NCBI GenBank assembly: GCA_015487785.1
Contig: WFPC01000050.1
Span: 8,400 to 72,399, forward strand
DNA from: Gammaproteobacteria bacterium
GTDB taxonomy: Bacteria > Pseudomonadota > Gammaproteobacteria > S012-40
DNA: 64,000 nucleotides
Direction of reading: 5' to 3'
The notes below the pieces were generated by a model. That model ran no database searches. It worked only from the letters and a program-made list of their open reading frames with translations, and was not told where the DNA came from. Of this stretch, positions 20,601-29,991 are shown piece after piece. A program made the translations under genes and the position numbers. Numbering within the stretch: the first letter of the stretch is position 1; each line of letters begins with the position of its first letter.

Positions 20601-21059
20601 ATGGCAAAGAAGAAAGCAAGCAAGAAGAAGGCATCGGCTGCGGCCAAGAAGAAGGCCATGGTAGCCAAGAAGAAGGCTCTGGCCGCTAAGAAGAAAGCGC
20701 TGGCGAAGAAGAAGGCCCTGGCCGCCAAGAAGAAGGCTGCGGCTGAGAAGAAGGCCCTGGCGCGCAAGAAGGCAATGGAGAAGAAACGCGCCGCCGCGGC
20801 CAAGAAGAAGGCCATGCTGGCCAAGAAGCGTGAGCGTGAACGTCTGCGCAAGGAAAAGGAAAAGGCCAAGAAGTTGGCTGCCGCCAAGGCCGAAGCCAAG
20901 AAAAAAGCCCTGGCTCGTTTCGAAGCCCAGTGGGAAAAGGAATGGGAGAAAAAGCAGAAAGCCAAGGAGCGTGCCGCTGCCAAGCGCAAACGTGAGGCCG
21001 AGAAAAAGCGCAAGGCTGCCGCCCGCGCCAAGAAGAAAGCCGCCAAGGCCGCAGGCTAG
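20601..21059 (+). CDS. histone H1-like, Lys/Ala-rich nucleoid-associated protein
   Basis: 152 aa, about 45% K+A, reiterated AKKKALAAK units. Resembles AlgP/Hc1/BpH1-type proteins. RBS aggagtg is present. Confidence 0.8.
   Translation: MAKKKASKKKASAAAKKKAMVAKKKALAAKKKALAKKKALAAKKKAAAEKKALARKKAMEKKRAAAAKKKAMLAKKRERERLRKEKEKAKKLAAAKAEAKKKALARFEAQWEKEWEKKQKAKERAAAKRKREAEKKRKAAARAKKKAAKAAG
20625..20900 (+). repeat. imperfect approximately 27-bp tandem repeats (aagaagaaggccctggccgcc-like) inside the H1-like gene
   Basis: The units GCCAAGAAGAAGGCN(CTG/ATG)GCN visibly recur about 9 times in the sequence. Confidence 0.7.
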
Positions 21060-21083
21060 GTTCTATCCGTCTGCTCAGGACAG

Positions 21084-21116
21084 GCCGTCACCCCAAGGGG
21101 TGACGGCCTTTTTATT
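21084..21116. terminator. bidirectional intrinsic terminator between the H1-like gene and moeA
   Basis: GGCCGTCACCCC-aa-GGGGTGACGGCC followed by TTTTTATT, with an A-rich 5' flank for the opposite strand. Confidence 0.75.
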
Positions 21117-21131
21117 GGTTTGGCCGGTTTC

Positions 21132-22385
21132 TCAGACTAAGCCATCGAACAGTTGCACAGTGACCTCTTCGCCGGGTTCGGCACCGCGCGATTCCAGTGG
21201 CAGGATGATGAAGCAGTCGGCCTGGGACATGGAACTCAGGATATGTGACCCCTGGTTACCGGTGCTTTGTACTGCCCACCCCCTCTTTTCGTCGGTGACC
21301 AGAATACCACGCTGGAATTCCACCCGGCCGGGGCGTTTGCGCAGTCGCGACAGGGTGGGCAGTCGCAGGGTGCGGGGTTTTCTGCTGTTTTCGCCCATCA
21401 ATTGGTGCAGCGCTGGTTGCAGGAACTGGTAGAAGGTGACCATGGCCGATACCGGGTTCCCGGGCAGGCCAAAAAACAGCGCTTGTTTGACCTTACCGTA
21501 GGCCAGAGGGCGGCCCGGTTTGATGGCGATCTTCCAGAAGTCCACCTGGCCCAACCGGGCCAGGATATCCTTGATGTAGTCGGCCTCGCCCACCGATACA
21601 CCGCCGGTGGTCACCACCACATCGGCGTCTCTGGCGGCCAGTTCCAATGTTTCGGCAATGGCATCGCGACGATCCGGCACGATGCCCATGTCGATGATGT
21701 CCACACCAAGGCGTGACAACATGGCGTGCAGAGTGTAACGGTTGCTGTCGTAGATCTGGCCTGGCTCCAGGGGTTCGCCCAGGGAACGCAGCTCATCACC
21801 GGTGGAGAAGAAGGCGACCCGCAAGCGCCGGCTCACCCGCACCTCGGTGATGCCCAGGGAAGCCAGCAGGCCGATATCGGCCGGGGTGAGGCGGCGTCCC
21901 CGCTGCAAGACTACGCCACCACGCCGAATATCCTCACCAGCCTGGCGCACGTTCTGCCCGGGCTTGTGCCCGCTGCCGATGACGATGGCGTCGCCTTCGA
22001 CCCGTACGTGTTCTTGCATGACCACGGTGTCCAGTTCTTCCGGCAGAGGGGCGCCGGTCATGATGCGCACACAATGTCCCGGTGCGATTTTATCTGCGAA
22101 GGGATGGCCGGCGAGCACAGTGCCGGCGAGCCGCAGGCGGGTTTCTCCCGCTGCTGGTAATTCCTCGCCCCGCAGAGCATAGCCGTCCATGGCGGAGTTG
22201 CGATGGGCGGGTACATCGATGCTGGAACGCACGTCTCGCGCCAGCACTCTTCCCAGTGCCTGGCGAATGAATAGCCATTCCGCGCAGGTCAGGGGCTCGA
22301 TGCTGGCGGCGATGCGCTCATGCGCCTGTTCCAGGGTGAGGGCGCTGGGGTCGTGGTCGTCCTGGCAAGAAATGTTTTTGCTCAT
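21132..22385 (-). CDS. moeA: molybdopterin molybdotransferase
   Basis: Full-length MoeA/gephyrin-E match (GLPGNPVSA motif). Confidence 0.93.
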   Translation of the reverse strand: MSKNISCQDDHDPSALTLEQAHERIAASIEPLTCAEWLFIRQALGRVLARDVRSSIDVPAHRNSAMDGYALRGEELPAAGETRLRLAGTVLAGHPFADKIAPGHCVRIMTGAPLPEELDTVVMQEHVRVEGDAIVIGSGHKPGQNVRQAGEDIRRGGVVLQRGRRLTPADIGLLASLGITEVRVSRRLRVAFFSTGDELRSLGEPLEPGQIYDSNRYTLHAMLSRLGVDIIDMGIVPDRRDAIAETLELAARDADVVVTTGGVSVGEADYIKDILARLGQVDFWKIAIKPGRPLAYGKVKQALFFGLPGNPVSAMVTFYQFLQPALHQLMGENSRKPRTLRLPTLSRLRKRPGRVEFQRGILVTDEKRGWAVQSTGNQGSHILSSMSQADCFIILPLESRGAEPGEEVTVQLFDGLV

Positions 22386-22915
22386 GGGATTTCCTGTTGC
22401 AATGACGGATGATGGTGTTGGATGAAGTCGGCGATATGCTTGGGTTGGTTGAGATCAAGCACGGGCAGAGGACAGTCCAGTGGTCGATCGCTGGCCACGG
22501 CCATGATATGTGGGTCGTGCGGATACAGCAATGGTTTGCCCAGCGCGGGGCGATGCAACTCGATGCGAGGGAAGGGTTCGTGCTTGAAGCCTTCCACCAG
22601 CACCAGATCCAGCGTGTTGGTGTCGAGCCGGGCCAGCAGCGGAGCCAGTTCGGGATCCTGGCCAGGTGACGGGTTTTCGTGAATCAGCGCCCAGCGACGT
22701 GCCGAGGCCACCAGGGTTTGTTGCGCGCCGGCCTTGCGCAAACGGTAGCTGTCCTTGCCGGGATGGTCGATGTCGAAGTCGTGGTGGGCGTGTTTGATCA
22801 GGCCCAGGCGCAGCCCTCGCTGACGCAGAATGGGAATCAGGGCTTCCAGCAGAGTGGTTTTGCCGGTGCCGCTATAGGCGGCGAACCCCACAACAACGGT
22901 TTGTTTCGTGCTCAT
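22382..22915 (-). CDS. mobB: molybdopterin-guanine dinucleotide biosynthesis adapter protein
   Basis: P-loop (GFAAYSGTGKTTLL) and MobB architecture. 4-nt overlap with moeA. Confidence 0.9.
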   Translation of the reverse strand: MSTKQTVVVGFAAYSGTGKTTLLEALIPILRQRGLRLGLIKHAHHDFDIDHPGKDSYRLRKAGAQQTLVASARRWALIHENPSPGQDPELAPLLARLDTNTLDLVLVEGFKHEPFPRIELHRPALGKPLLYPHDPHIMAVASDRPLDCPLPVLDLNQPKHIADFIQHHHPSLQQEIP

Positions 22916-23520
22916 CAGGCTGGGGATGATACGTATTGCTCGGCCCGTTGCAAATCCTTTTCATCGTTGACGTTGAGAAAACACTGGGGACAGTCGGAAA
23001 AATCGACCACGATGGGATCGTGCGCGCCGACCCACTCGCGCACCTTGCGGTGGCCCTGCGCGAGACTCGTCTGCAAATCATCGAGCAAGGTCTTCTCGCA
23101 CAACATGAACAGGGGTTGTAGACGCTGACCATCGTGAGCCACGGCCAGCGGTTTGCCGCTGTCATCCAGGGCCTGATTCAGTCTGGCGGCCAATTGGGGG
23201 TGCAGCAGGGGCGCGTCGCAGGGTACGCTGAGCAGGCGTGGAGTGGGAATATGACCTGCTGCGCTGGCCATGCCCGCCAGCGGGCCGGCATAGTCGGTCC
23301 GCTGGTCGGCCAGCACCGGGAAGCCAAGCGCGGCATAACGTTCGCGGTTGCGGTTGGCGCTGATGAGAAGGTGGGCCACTTGCGGACGCAGGCGCTCGAT
23401 GACATGGATGACCAAGGGCTTGCCGACCAGTTTTTCCAATCCCTTGTCGCGTCCGCCCAGACGCCGCGCGCGTCCTCCCGCGAGAATCAGCGCCGTGATG
23501 CTCTCAGTAGGTGACGCCAT
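22915..23520 (-). CDS. mobA: molybdenum cofactor guanylyltransferase
   Basis: ALILAGGRARRLGG...DKGL N-terminal motif. 1-nt overlap with mobB. Confidence 0.9.
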   Translation of the reverse strand: MASPTESITALILAGGRARRLGGRDKGLEKLVGKPLVIHVIERLRPQVAHLLISANRNRERYAALGFPVLADQRTDYAGPLAGMASAAGHIPTPRLLSVPCDAPLLHPQLAARLNQALDDSGKPLAVAHDGQRLQPLFMLCEKTLLDDLQTSLAQGHRKVREWVGAHDPIVVDFSDCPQCFLNVNDEKDLQRAEQYVSSPA

Positions 23521-24037
23521 GAGTCTGGGCCTGCCATTGCTGCAGCAATTCTAGGCATTGCGGGCGCATGAAATCGGTGATGAGCCGTACCGGGCTGTGG
23601 CCGAGGCGCTGCATCTGCCGGTTGCTGATATGGAGTTCGTGAAACCCCAGGGCTTCCACGTCGGCGATGCGTGTGCCATAGACGATAATATCGATGCGGG
23701 CCCAGTGAATGGCGCTGAAACACATGGGACAGGGCTCGGTGGTGGAATAGATCACGCACCCGGACAGGTCATGGCGGCCCAGTGCCCTGGCGGCCAGGCG
23801 AATGGCATTGATCTCGGCGTGACAAGTGGGATCCTTTTCCTTCAGCACCGTGTTGTGGGCCAGCGCAAGGATGTCGTTGCCCTGGACCAGGCAGGCACCA
23901 AAGGGGCCGCCTTCTTCGTGCTGCAAGGCATTGCCGATGTCGTCGAGCGCGGCCCGCATGAAGCGCGCCCGGGGGTGGGATGGATGAGCCATGTCTGCAA
24001 GGCTAGCGGGAATCGTGCGGCTGGTAAAGCCCATCAT
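23504..24037 (-). CDS. CMP/dCMP-type zinc nucleoside deaminase (TadA/guanine deaminase-like)
   Basis: HAEINAIR...PCPMC zinc-binding motifs. Only the C-terminal roughly 163-178 aa of ORF 23504..24562 is genuine. Start is ATG-ATG at 24037 overlapping the MFS stop, or alternatively 23992. Confidence 0.8.
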   Translation of the reverse strand: MMGFTSRTIPASLADMAHPSHPRARFMRAALDDIGNALQHEEGGPFGACLVQGNDILALAHNTVLKEKDPTCHAEINAIRLAARALGRHDLSGCVIYSTTEPCPMCFSAIHWARIDIIVYGTRIADVEALGFHELHISNRQMQRLGHSPVRLITDFMRPQCLELLQQWQAQTHGVTY

Positions 24038-25323
24038 GCCCGCGCGGCGGCGATGCCCCGTTGTTCGTCCACCCGTAGCAGGAGCAACAGGCCCAGCACG
24101 AAAAAGAGACTGGTGGAGAGCAGGGCCAGGCGCTGATTGCCATGGCTTGCCCAGGTGATGAAGCCATAGCTCAAGGGGCCGATTATGGCGGCCAGTTTGG
24201 TGGCCAATCCCCACAGGCCGAAAAATTCGCCGCTGTGCCGTGGTGGAGAGAACAATCCCACCAGGGCCCGGCTGGCGCTCTGGCTGGAGCCCAGAGCGAT
24301 ACCCACCAGGTTGGCGACCAGCCAGAAAGTCAGTCTGTCGGTGGCGAAAAAGGCCAGCAGGCTGGCGCCCAGCCAAACCAGCAGGGTAAGAATCAAGATG
24401 CGTCGTGAGCCCAGGCTGTCCTGCAGCCGGCCGAAGACATGGGCGCCGATGGCCGCGGTGATATTGACCACCAGGATCAATGTGATGGTGTCGCGGGTGG
24501 TGAAACCCATGACTTCCTGGGCATAGACCGCGGCCAGAATGACCACCGTATTGATACCGCACTGAAACACGGTCAGTGCCAGCAAGAAGTGGAACAGATC
24601 CTGGTAACGCCGGGCGTGTTGCCAGGTATGGCGCAGGCGGCCGAAGCCAATGGCAAGATAGCTTTGTCCCGCGGGCCTGGTGCGAGCGGTGGCGCGTTCC
24701 TTGAGGACCAGGAAGGTGGGCAGGCTGGCCAGGCCGAAGCAGGCGGCCACGATCAGCAGGGTGACCGGCACGTAGTCTTGCGCGCTATGGCCGGCCGCCT
24801 CGGCAAAGCTCACATAGGCCAGACATAGCCCCAGTACCAGCAAACCGCCCACATAGCCCAGTGTCCAGCCATATGCGGAAATGCGCCCCATATGGTTCTG
24901 CGGACTGATTTCCGGCAGGAAGGCGGCAATGAGATTTTCGCCACTGAAGAAGGCCATGCTGGACAATATTACCAAGACCATGGCCAGGGCGATGTCGCCT
25001 GGCCCGGTAAAAGCGAGCAAGCTGGTGAACGTCACGCAGGCCACGGTGGAGACGAACAAGAAACGTTTTTTTGCTCCGCTGTAATCGGCTATGGCGCCGA
25101 TCACCGGTGCACTGAGCAACACCAGCCCATTGGCGGTGGCAATGGCGATGGTCCACAACAGGGTGGCGTTGCCGCTGCCGCTTTCGGCGGCGATGACGGA
25201 GACGAAATAGGCATTGAAAATGGCCGTGAGCACCACCGTGGTATAGCCGGAGTTGGCAAAGTCGAACATAGCCCAGGCGAAGATCTCACGCCGGGGAGCA
25301 AGCACGGTGGTGATATTTGACAT
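24034..25323 (-). CDS. MFS transporter (Atg22/UMF1-like)
   Basis: 12-TM profile and the N-terminal motif FAWAMFDFANSGYTTVV. Confidence 0.85.
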   Translation of the reverse strand: MSNITTVLAPRREIFAWAMFDFANSGYTTVVLTAIFNAYFVSVIAAESGSGNATLLWTIAIATANGLVLLSAPVIGAIADYSGAKKRFLFVSTVACVTFTSLLAFTGPGDIALAMVLVILSSMAFFSGENLIAAFLPEISPQNHMGRISAYGWTLGYVGGLLVLGLCLAYVSFAEAAGHSAQDYVPVTLLIVAACFGLASLPTFLVLKERATARTRPAGQSYLAIGFGRLRHTWQHARRYQDLFHFLLALTVFQCGINTVVILAAVYAQEVMGFTTRDTITLILVVNITAAIGAHVFGRLQDSLGSRRILILTLLVWLGASLLAFFATDRLTFWLVANLVGIALGSSQSASRALVGLFSPPRHSGEFFGLWGLATKLAAIIGPLSYGFITWASHGNQRLALLSTSLFFVLGLLLLLRVDEQRGIAAARA

Positions 25324-25414
25324 GGGTCCGCAACAGTCCTTGGTGCAATATCGGGTTAAGTCTGAATAAATCTTGTGAGTATAGAATTGTTTGCCACTAC
25401 GACGCTAAAAGCGA

Positions 25415-26221
25415 GTGATTGGCATGATGGGCAAGCAGATTCTTTTCCCTTCGGTGATCATGACGGTCCTGGTGGTTTGTCAGGCGGTTCAACCAGCATG
25501 GGCCGTAACGGCTTCGGTGGCGGATGAGCTTGTTCCGCCGAGCATGGAAATAGTGCAGCGACGCGATGATGCCCGCGCCCAATATAACATGGCCCGCCGT
25601 TACCGGGATGGTGACGGGGTATTTCGCGATTATCGCCGGGCACTGGTGTGGTATCGGCGTGCTGCCAGGCAGGGTTTTGCTCCGGCACAGATCGATCTGG
25701 GCCAGATGTACGCCGAAGGCCAGGGTGTGATGCGGGACTATGCCCGGGCCTTTCGCTGGTTTCAGCGGGCCGCGCGGCAGGGCCATGCCACGGCACAATA
25801 CAATCTGGCCAATCTCTATCGTCAGGGCAAGGGGGTAAGGCGTGACGACGCCGAGGCGGTGTACTGGTATCGACAGGCGGCCCAGCGCGGGTCGGCGCTG
25901 GCGCAATACAATCTTGCCTTGATGTATCGACAGGGCCGGGGGGTGGCGCGCGACCGCCAGCAGGCGGTGCATTGGCTGCGTCTGGCGGCCGGCCAGGGGC
26001 TGGCGCGGGCACAGTACCGCCTGGCGGAGATGCTGTGGCATGGTGAGGGCACGGCCCGCGATCCGGTGTCGGCCTATTACTGGTATCGTCGGGCTGCATA
26101 CGCCGGCGAACGCGAGGCCGGTGTCGCCGCGCGCCAATTGGGTTTGATGCTGAGCGAGGCCCAACGCCGTGAGGGAGAACGTCGCTTGTTGGAGGCCTTG
26201 GGGGTATCGGCCAGGCTGTAG
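25415..26221 (+). CDS. Sel1-repeat (TPR-like) periplasmic protein
   Basis: Signal peptide plus about six Sel1 repeats (AQYNLA.LY..G.GV..D...A..WYR.AA.QG). Confidence 0.85.
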   Translation: MIGMMGKQILFPSVIMTVLVVCQAVQPAWAVTASVADELVPPSMEIVQRRDDARAQYNMARRYRDGDGVFRDYRRALVWYRRAARQGFAPAQIDLGQMYAEGQGVMRDYARAFRWFQRAARQGHATAQYNLANLYRQGKGVRRDDAEAVYWYRQAAQRGSALAQYNLALMYRQGRGVARDRQQAVHWLRLAAGQGLARAQYRLAEMLWHGEGTARDPVSAYYWYRRAAYAGEREAGVAARQLGLMLSEAQRREGERRLLEALGVSARL

Positions 26222-26254
26222 TAGTGTAGTAGTCGCGCTCCCGGGCGCCAATTA

Positions 26255-27127
26255 TCAGATCAGGTTTTCCGGCGGAAAGCCTCGCCGGATCATCTCCTGT
26301 TTGGCGGCATAGGCGGTTTCCGCCATCAAGAGTTCCTCTTCCCAGTGATATTTGGGCTCCACCTGGATATCGCCCACGCTTTCCAGCTCCACATCCTTGC
26401 GCGCGAGAATGCGCAGCCAGCGCGTTTCCTCGATGTTGGGTGTGAGATCGGGCCAGATTTCGTGCAATAAATCCTTGGGGCGGGTCAGGCTGCGTTCTTC
26501 CAGTATGCGGTAGTCATCGGCCAGCGCCTCGCCAAAGCTGTTGTCGGTACCGGTCTGGCGTTGGCCGGTGGTTTCGTCCTCGTGCTGGGTGAAAATGAAA
26601 ACCACCAGCTTGGGTGACAGACGACGGATTTCGTTGTTGAGCTGCTGGCCAGGTGGCATCCAGGCAGAGAATATCACATCGGCCGGGCCGGCAAAGGTGG
26701 CCAGGGTGCCTTCCTCCAGGCGATAGCAGCGGGGATCGTGAAACATCTCGATCTGATTGGGCTTGTCGGCCGGGTCGCGCAGGCCGAACACACCGCCGCG
26801 GGTTTCGCGCGCCAGCAGGCTGCCGATGAAACCGTTGCGGGCGTGGGCGTCGACGATCACCGGTTGTTCTGCCACCTGCTCGGCATAATGGGCGATGAGG
26901 CGCATTTCCCTGCGCAGGGGATAGAAATGAGCCACGGTGGGACCGTGGGTTTCGGGATTGCGATCGGGATTGCTGAAGATCAGGTAATGCAGCGGCAGCT
27001 TGGCGATGCGTTGGTCGAAGCTCAGGGAGGTGTCCCAGGCGGGATGCTCCTTCTCCTGGAAGGCAATGATATTGTTGAACATTTCCTGGGTGAAGGACTC
27101 CATGTGACGGAGTATTTCAAAATTCAT
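26255..27127 (-). CDS. hypothetical protein of 290 aa
   Basis: Long ORF with an RBS-like upstream sequence. A weak Rossmann-like stretch (PVIVDAHARNGFIGSLLA). No confident family assignment. Confidence 0.55.
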   Translation of the reverse strand: MNFEILRHMESFTQEMFNNIIAFQEKEHPAWDTSLSFDQRIAKLPLHYLIFSNPDRNPETHGPTVAHFYPLRREMRLIAHYAEQVAEQPVIVDAHARNGFIGSLLARETRGGVFGLRDPADKPNQIEMFHDPRCYRLEEGTLATFAGPADVIFSAWMPPGQQLNNEIRRLSPKLVVFIFTQHEDETTGQRQTGTDNSFGEALADDYRILEERSLTRPKDLLHEIWPDLTPNIEETRWLRILARKDVELESVGDIQVEPKYHWEEELLMAETAYAAKQEMIRRGFPPENLI

Positions 27128-27176
27128 GGCATATCCTCGAGACGAACGGAAGCGTTGACAGGGAAGTTTACCATTT

Positions 27177-29270
27177 TTATCGGGAATCGGCCTGTTCGGG
27201 CCACAGGGCTTCCTGCTCGAACAGAATCCGGCGGGAGCGATTGTCCTTCAGCCAGCGGAGCATGTCGCTAGCGCACATGGGCGGGCTGACGAAATAGCCC
27301 TGTACCCGGTCACAGCCACGACTCTTGAGGAAAAAGACCTGTTCTTCGGTTTCCACGCCCTCGGCGATGATATTGAGATTCAGACTCTTGCCCAGGGCGA
27401 TGATGGCCTCCGCTATGGTGGCGCCCTGGGGTCCGGAATCCAGGTCCTTGACGAAGGACTGGTCAATTTTGAGGGTATTGAGCGGGAAGCGCTTGAGATA
27501 ACTGAGCGAGGAATAGCCGGTACCGAAATCGTCCACCGACAATTGCACGCCCAGTTCATGGAGCTGGCGCAATACCTTGGTTGCCTGGTCCACGTTCTGG
27601 GCCAGGAAGCTCTCGGTAATCTCCAGCTCCAGCAAGTGGGGATCCAGTTCGCTGTTGGACAGGGCATTGGCCACCAGGTCGACGAACATCTTTTGCCGGA
27701 ACTGGCGCATGGACAGGTTGACCGCGATACGCACCGGTGGCAGGCCGTTTTCCTGCCAGCGCTTGGCCTCCAGGCAGGCATTGTTTAAGGCCCATTCGCC
27801 AATGGGGATGATCAGACCAGTTTCCTCGGCGAAAGGCACGAACTTGTCCGGTGACAGGAAGCCGCGTTCGGGATGGTTCCAGCGAATCAGGGCCTCGATG
27901 CCAATGATGCCGTGGGTGTGCAAGTCAATCTGGGGCTGGAAATAGAGTTCGAACTGGTCGCGCTCCAGGGCGTGGCGCAGGTTACTTTCCAGTACCAGGT
28001 GTTCGTAGGCGCGGGCATTCATGCCTTCGGTATAGAACTGGTAGCGGTTGCCGCCCTTTTCCTTGGAGCGGTACATGGCGGTATCGGCGTTTTTCAGCAG
28101 GCTGCGCATGTCCTCGGCATCGTCGGGGTAGAGAGTGATGCCGATGCTGGGCGATACCACCAGCTCATGGCCATCGAGCCGGAAAGGAGGCTCCATCAGC
28201 TCGAGAATCTTGTTGGCCACCAGGGAGGCATCGTCAGGGGTGTGGATGTTTTCCAGGATCACGGTGAATTCGTCGCCCCCCAGGCGGGCCACGGTATCGC
28301 CCTTGCGGGCATTTTGGGTCAGGCGCTTGGCCACCCCGCGCAGGAGCTGGTCACCGGCATGGTGGCCAAGACTGTCGTTGATGTTCTTGAAACGGTCGAG
28401 ATCGAGAAACAATAATGCCAGGCGGGTTTTGTTGCGCTGGGCCCGGCTGATGGCACGACGCAGGCGATCGCGGAACAGGGCGCGGTTGGGCAGGCGAGTG
28501 AGCGAGTCGAAATTGGCCAGCCTGAGCAGCCGCTCCTCGGTCTCCTTGCGCCGGGTGATGTCACGCGAGACCGTGATGATCTCGCGACCTTGCCTGGCGA
28601 GGGGTTCGCGAATGGGCTTGCTGACGGTTTCCAGCCATACATAGGTGTCATCCTTGCGCCGGATGCGGTAGCACACGGGGTCGTCGGCCTCACCGTCAAG
28701 CAGGCGCCGAAACAAGCGCCGTTTGGTCTTGAGGTCGTTGGGGTGAAAATAGTCGAATACCGACTGGCCGATGATTTCCTCGGGTTTGTAGCCCAGCACT
28801 CGCTCGATGCTGGGCGAAACATAGGTGCAGATCCCTTGCAGATCGTACTTGGTGATGATGTCGGAGCTGTATTCGGAGATGAGTTGGTAATCGAGCAAGT
28901 GCTCGGCGGGCAAGGGCTGGGCAATTTCCTGGTCGGCGATGCAGCCGCCGGAAACCCCGATGATGCTGCTGTCGTTTTGCACCGGCGTCAGCCATACATG
29001 GAACAAGTCGTCTCCGATCTGAACAGTGCTGGCCACCGCCTCGCCTGCCAGCGCCTGTTTGACATGATCCTGCAGCACGGAAAGGGCACAGCTGCTGTCG
29101 AACAGAGACTGGCCGATTTTCAGGGCCGAAGCCAGTTCGCGGGTATGCTCGGCGCTATTGCGCAGGGCGGTGAGGCGACCACTCTGTTCCAGCGAGAAAT
29201 GCAATGCCCGGGGAGGATATCCCCGCTTGCGGAGGCTGGTTTTTTCGCGCTGTTTGGTATCCTGATTCAT
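27177..29270 (-). CDS. PAS-GGDEF-EAL c-di-GMP turnover protein
   Basis: PAS-like regions, GGDEF (RLGGDEFTVIL) and EAL (GIEALIRWNHP...) domains with EAL catalytic motifs. Confidence 0.9.
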   Translation of the reverse strand: MNQDTKQREKTSLRKRGYPPRALHFSLEQSGRLTALRNSAEHTRELASALKIGQSLFDSSCALSVLQDHVKQALAGEAVASTVQIGDDLFHVWLTPVQNDSSIIGVSGGCIADQEIAQPLPAEHLLDYQLISEYSSDIITKYDLQGICTYVSPSIERVLGYKPEEIIGQSVFDYFHPNDLKTKRRLFRRLLDGEADDPVCYRIRRKDDTYVWLETVSKPIREPLARQGREIITVSRDITRRKETEERLLRLANFDSLTRLPNRALFRDRLRRAISRAQRNKTRLALLFLDLDRFKNINDSLGHHAGDQLLRGVAKRLTQNARKGDTVARLGGDEFTVILENIHTPDDASLVANKILELMEPPFRLDGHELVVSPSIGITLYPDDAEDMRSLLKNADTAMYRSKEKGGNRYQFYTEGMNARAYEHLVLESNLRHALERDQFELYFQPQIDLHTHGIIGIEALIRWNHPERGFLSPDKFVPFAEETGLIIPIGEWALNNACLEAKRWQENGLPPVRIAVNLSMRQFRQKMFVDLVANALSNSELDPHLLELEITESFLAQNVDQATKVLRQLHELGVQLSVDDFGTGYSSLSYLKRFPLNTLKIDQSFVKDLDSGPQGATIAEAIIALGKSLNLNIIAEGVETEEQVFFLKSRGCDRVQGYFVSPPMCASDMLRWLKDNRSRRILFEQEALWPEQADSR

Positions 29271-29333
29271 GGGCTGATCCCTGCCAGCTTGGCGACTCCA
29301 TGCGAGGGATGATTCATAGTCTTCGGGACGACC

Positions 29334-29816
29334 TCAATCGCGGAAGTTAGTGAATTGTAAAGGGATGCCCAGCTTGGCTTCGCGCAGCCTGGCAATGAGA
29401 CTTTGCAAATCGTCGCGTTTCTTGCCACTGACGCGAACCTGGTCACCCTGGATGGCGGCCTGAACCTTGAGCTTACTGTCCTTGACCAGCTTGACGATCT
29501 TCTTGGCAGTTTCCTTGTCAATGCCCTGGCGCACGGCAAGGGTCTGGTGGGCGGTTTGGCCCCGGATTTCGACCTTGCCCGGATCCAGGCAGTCGACATC
29601 CAGTTTGCGCTTGGCCATTTTGGTGTAGAGGATGTCCAGAATCTGGCCTAGCTGAAATTCGCTGTCGGCGGTGAGGGTTATGCTGTCGTCATGGAGTTCG
29701 ATCTCGGCGCTGCTGCCCTTGAAATCGTAACGGTTGGCGATTTCCCGCGCGGTCTGGTCCACCGCGTTGCGTAACTCGTGTCGATCGACCTCAGAAACGA
29801 CATCGAAAGAAGACAT
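29334..29816 (-). CDS. yajQ: YajQ-family nucleotide/c-di-GMP-binding protein
   Basis: Collinear with UPF0234/YajQ (MSSFDVVSEVDRHELRNAVDQ...FKGS...). Start taken at MSSFDVV. Confidence 0.9.
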   Translation of the reverse strand: MSSFDVVSEVDRHELRNAVDQTAREIANRYDFKGSSAEIELHDDSITLTADSEFQLGQILDILYTKMAKRKLDVDCLDPGKVEIRGQTAHQTLAVRQGIDKETAKKIVKLVKDSKLKVQAAIQGDQVRVSGKKRDDLQSLIARLREAKLGIPLQFTNFRD

Positions 29817-29991
29817 CAGACCCTCCCTTCCCTTGGCCAACGTCGATACCGTGGCGCTCGAAGACGGTTAAATATACACACCCATGGCCAGGGTTCAAGT
29901 TGTTTTTGGTCATGAAATATTCGAACTCGCTCCTCCGGAGGATGTGCTAAGATGCCCCTTTCACGCCTCGGGCGAGCCTGGGCGGGAAGCC

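Noticed and set aside
20501-21046. 181-aa minus-strand ORF (FFLAARAFF...) opposite the H1-like gene
   Set aside because: Artifact of the tandem repeat. The plus-strand KKKA protein has an RBS and a terminator.
23504-24562. Full 352-aa ORF as a single protein
   Set aside because: Only the C-terminal 163-178 aa (CMP/dCMP deaminase domain) is credible. The upstream part overlaps the MFS transporter gene in another frame and is Pro/Gly/Arg-rich read-through.
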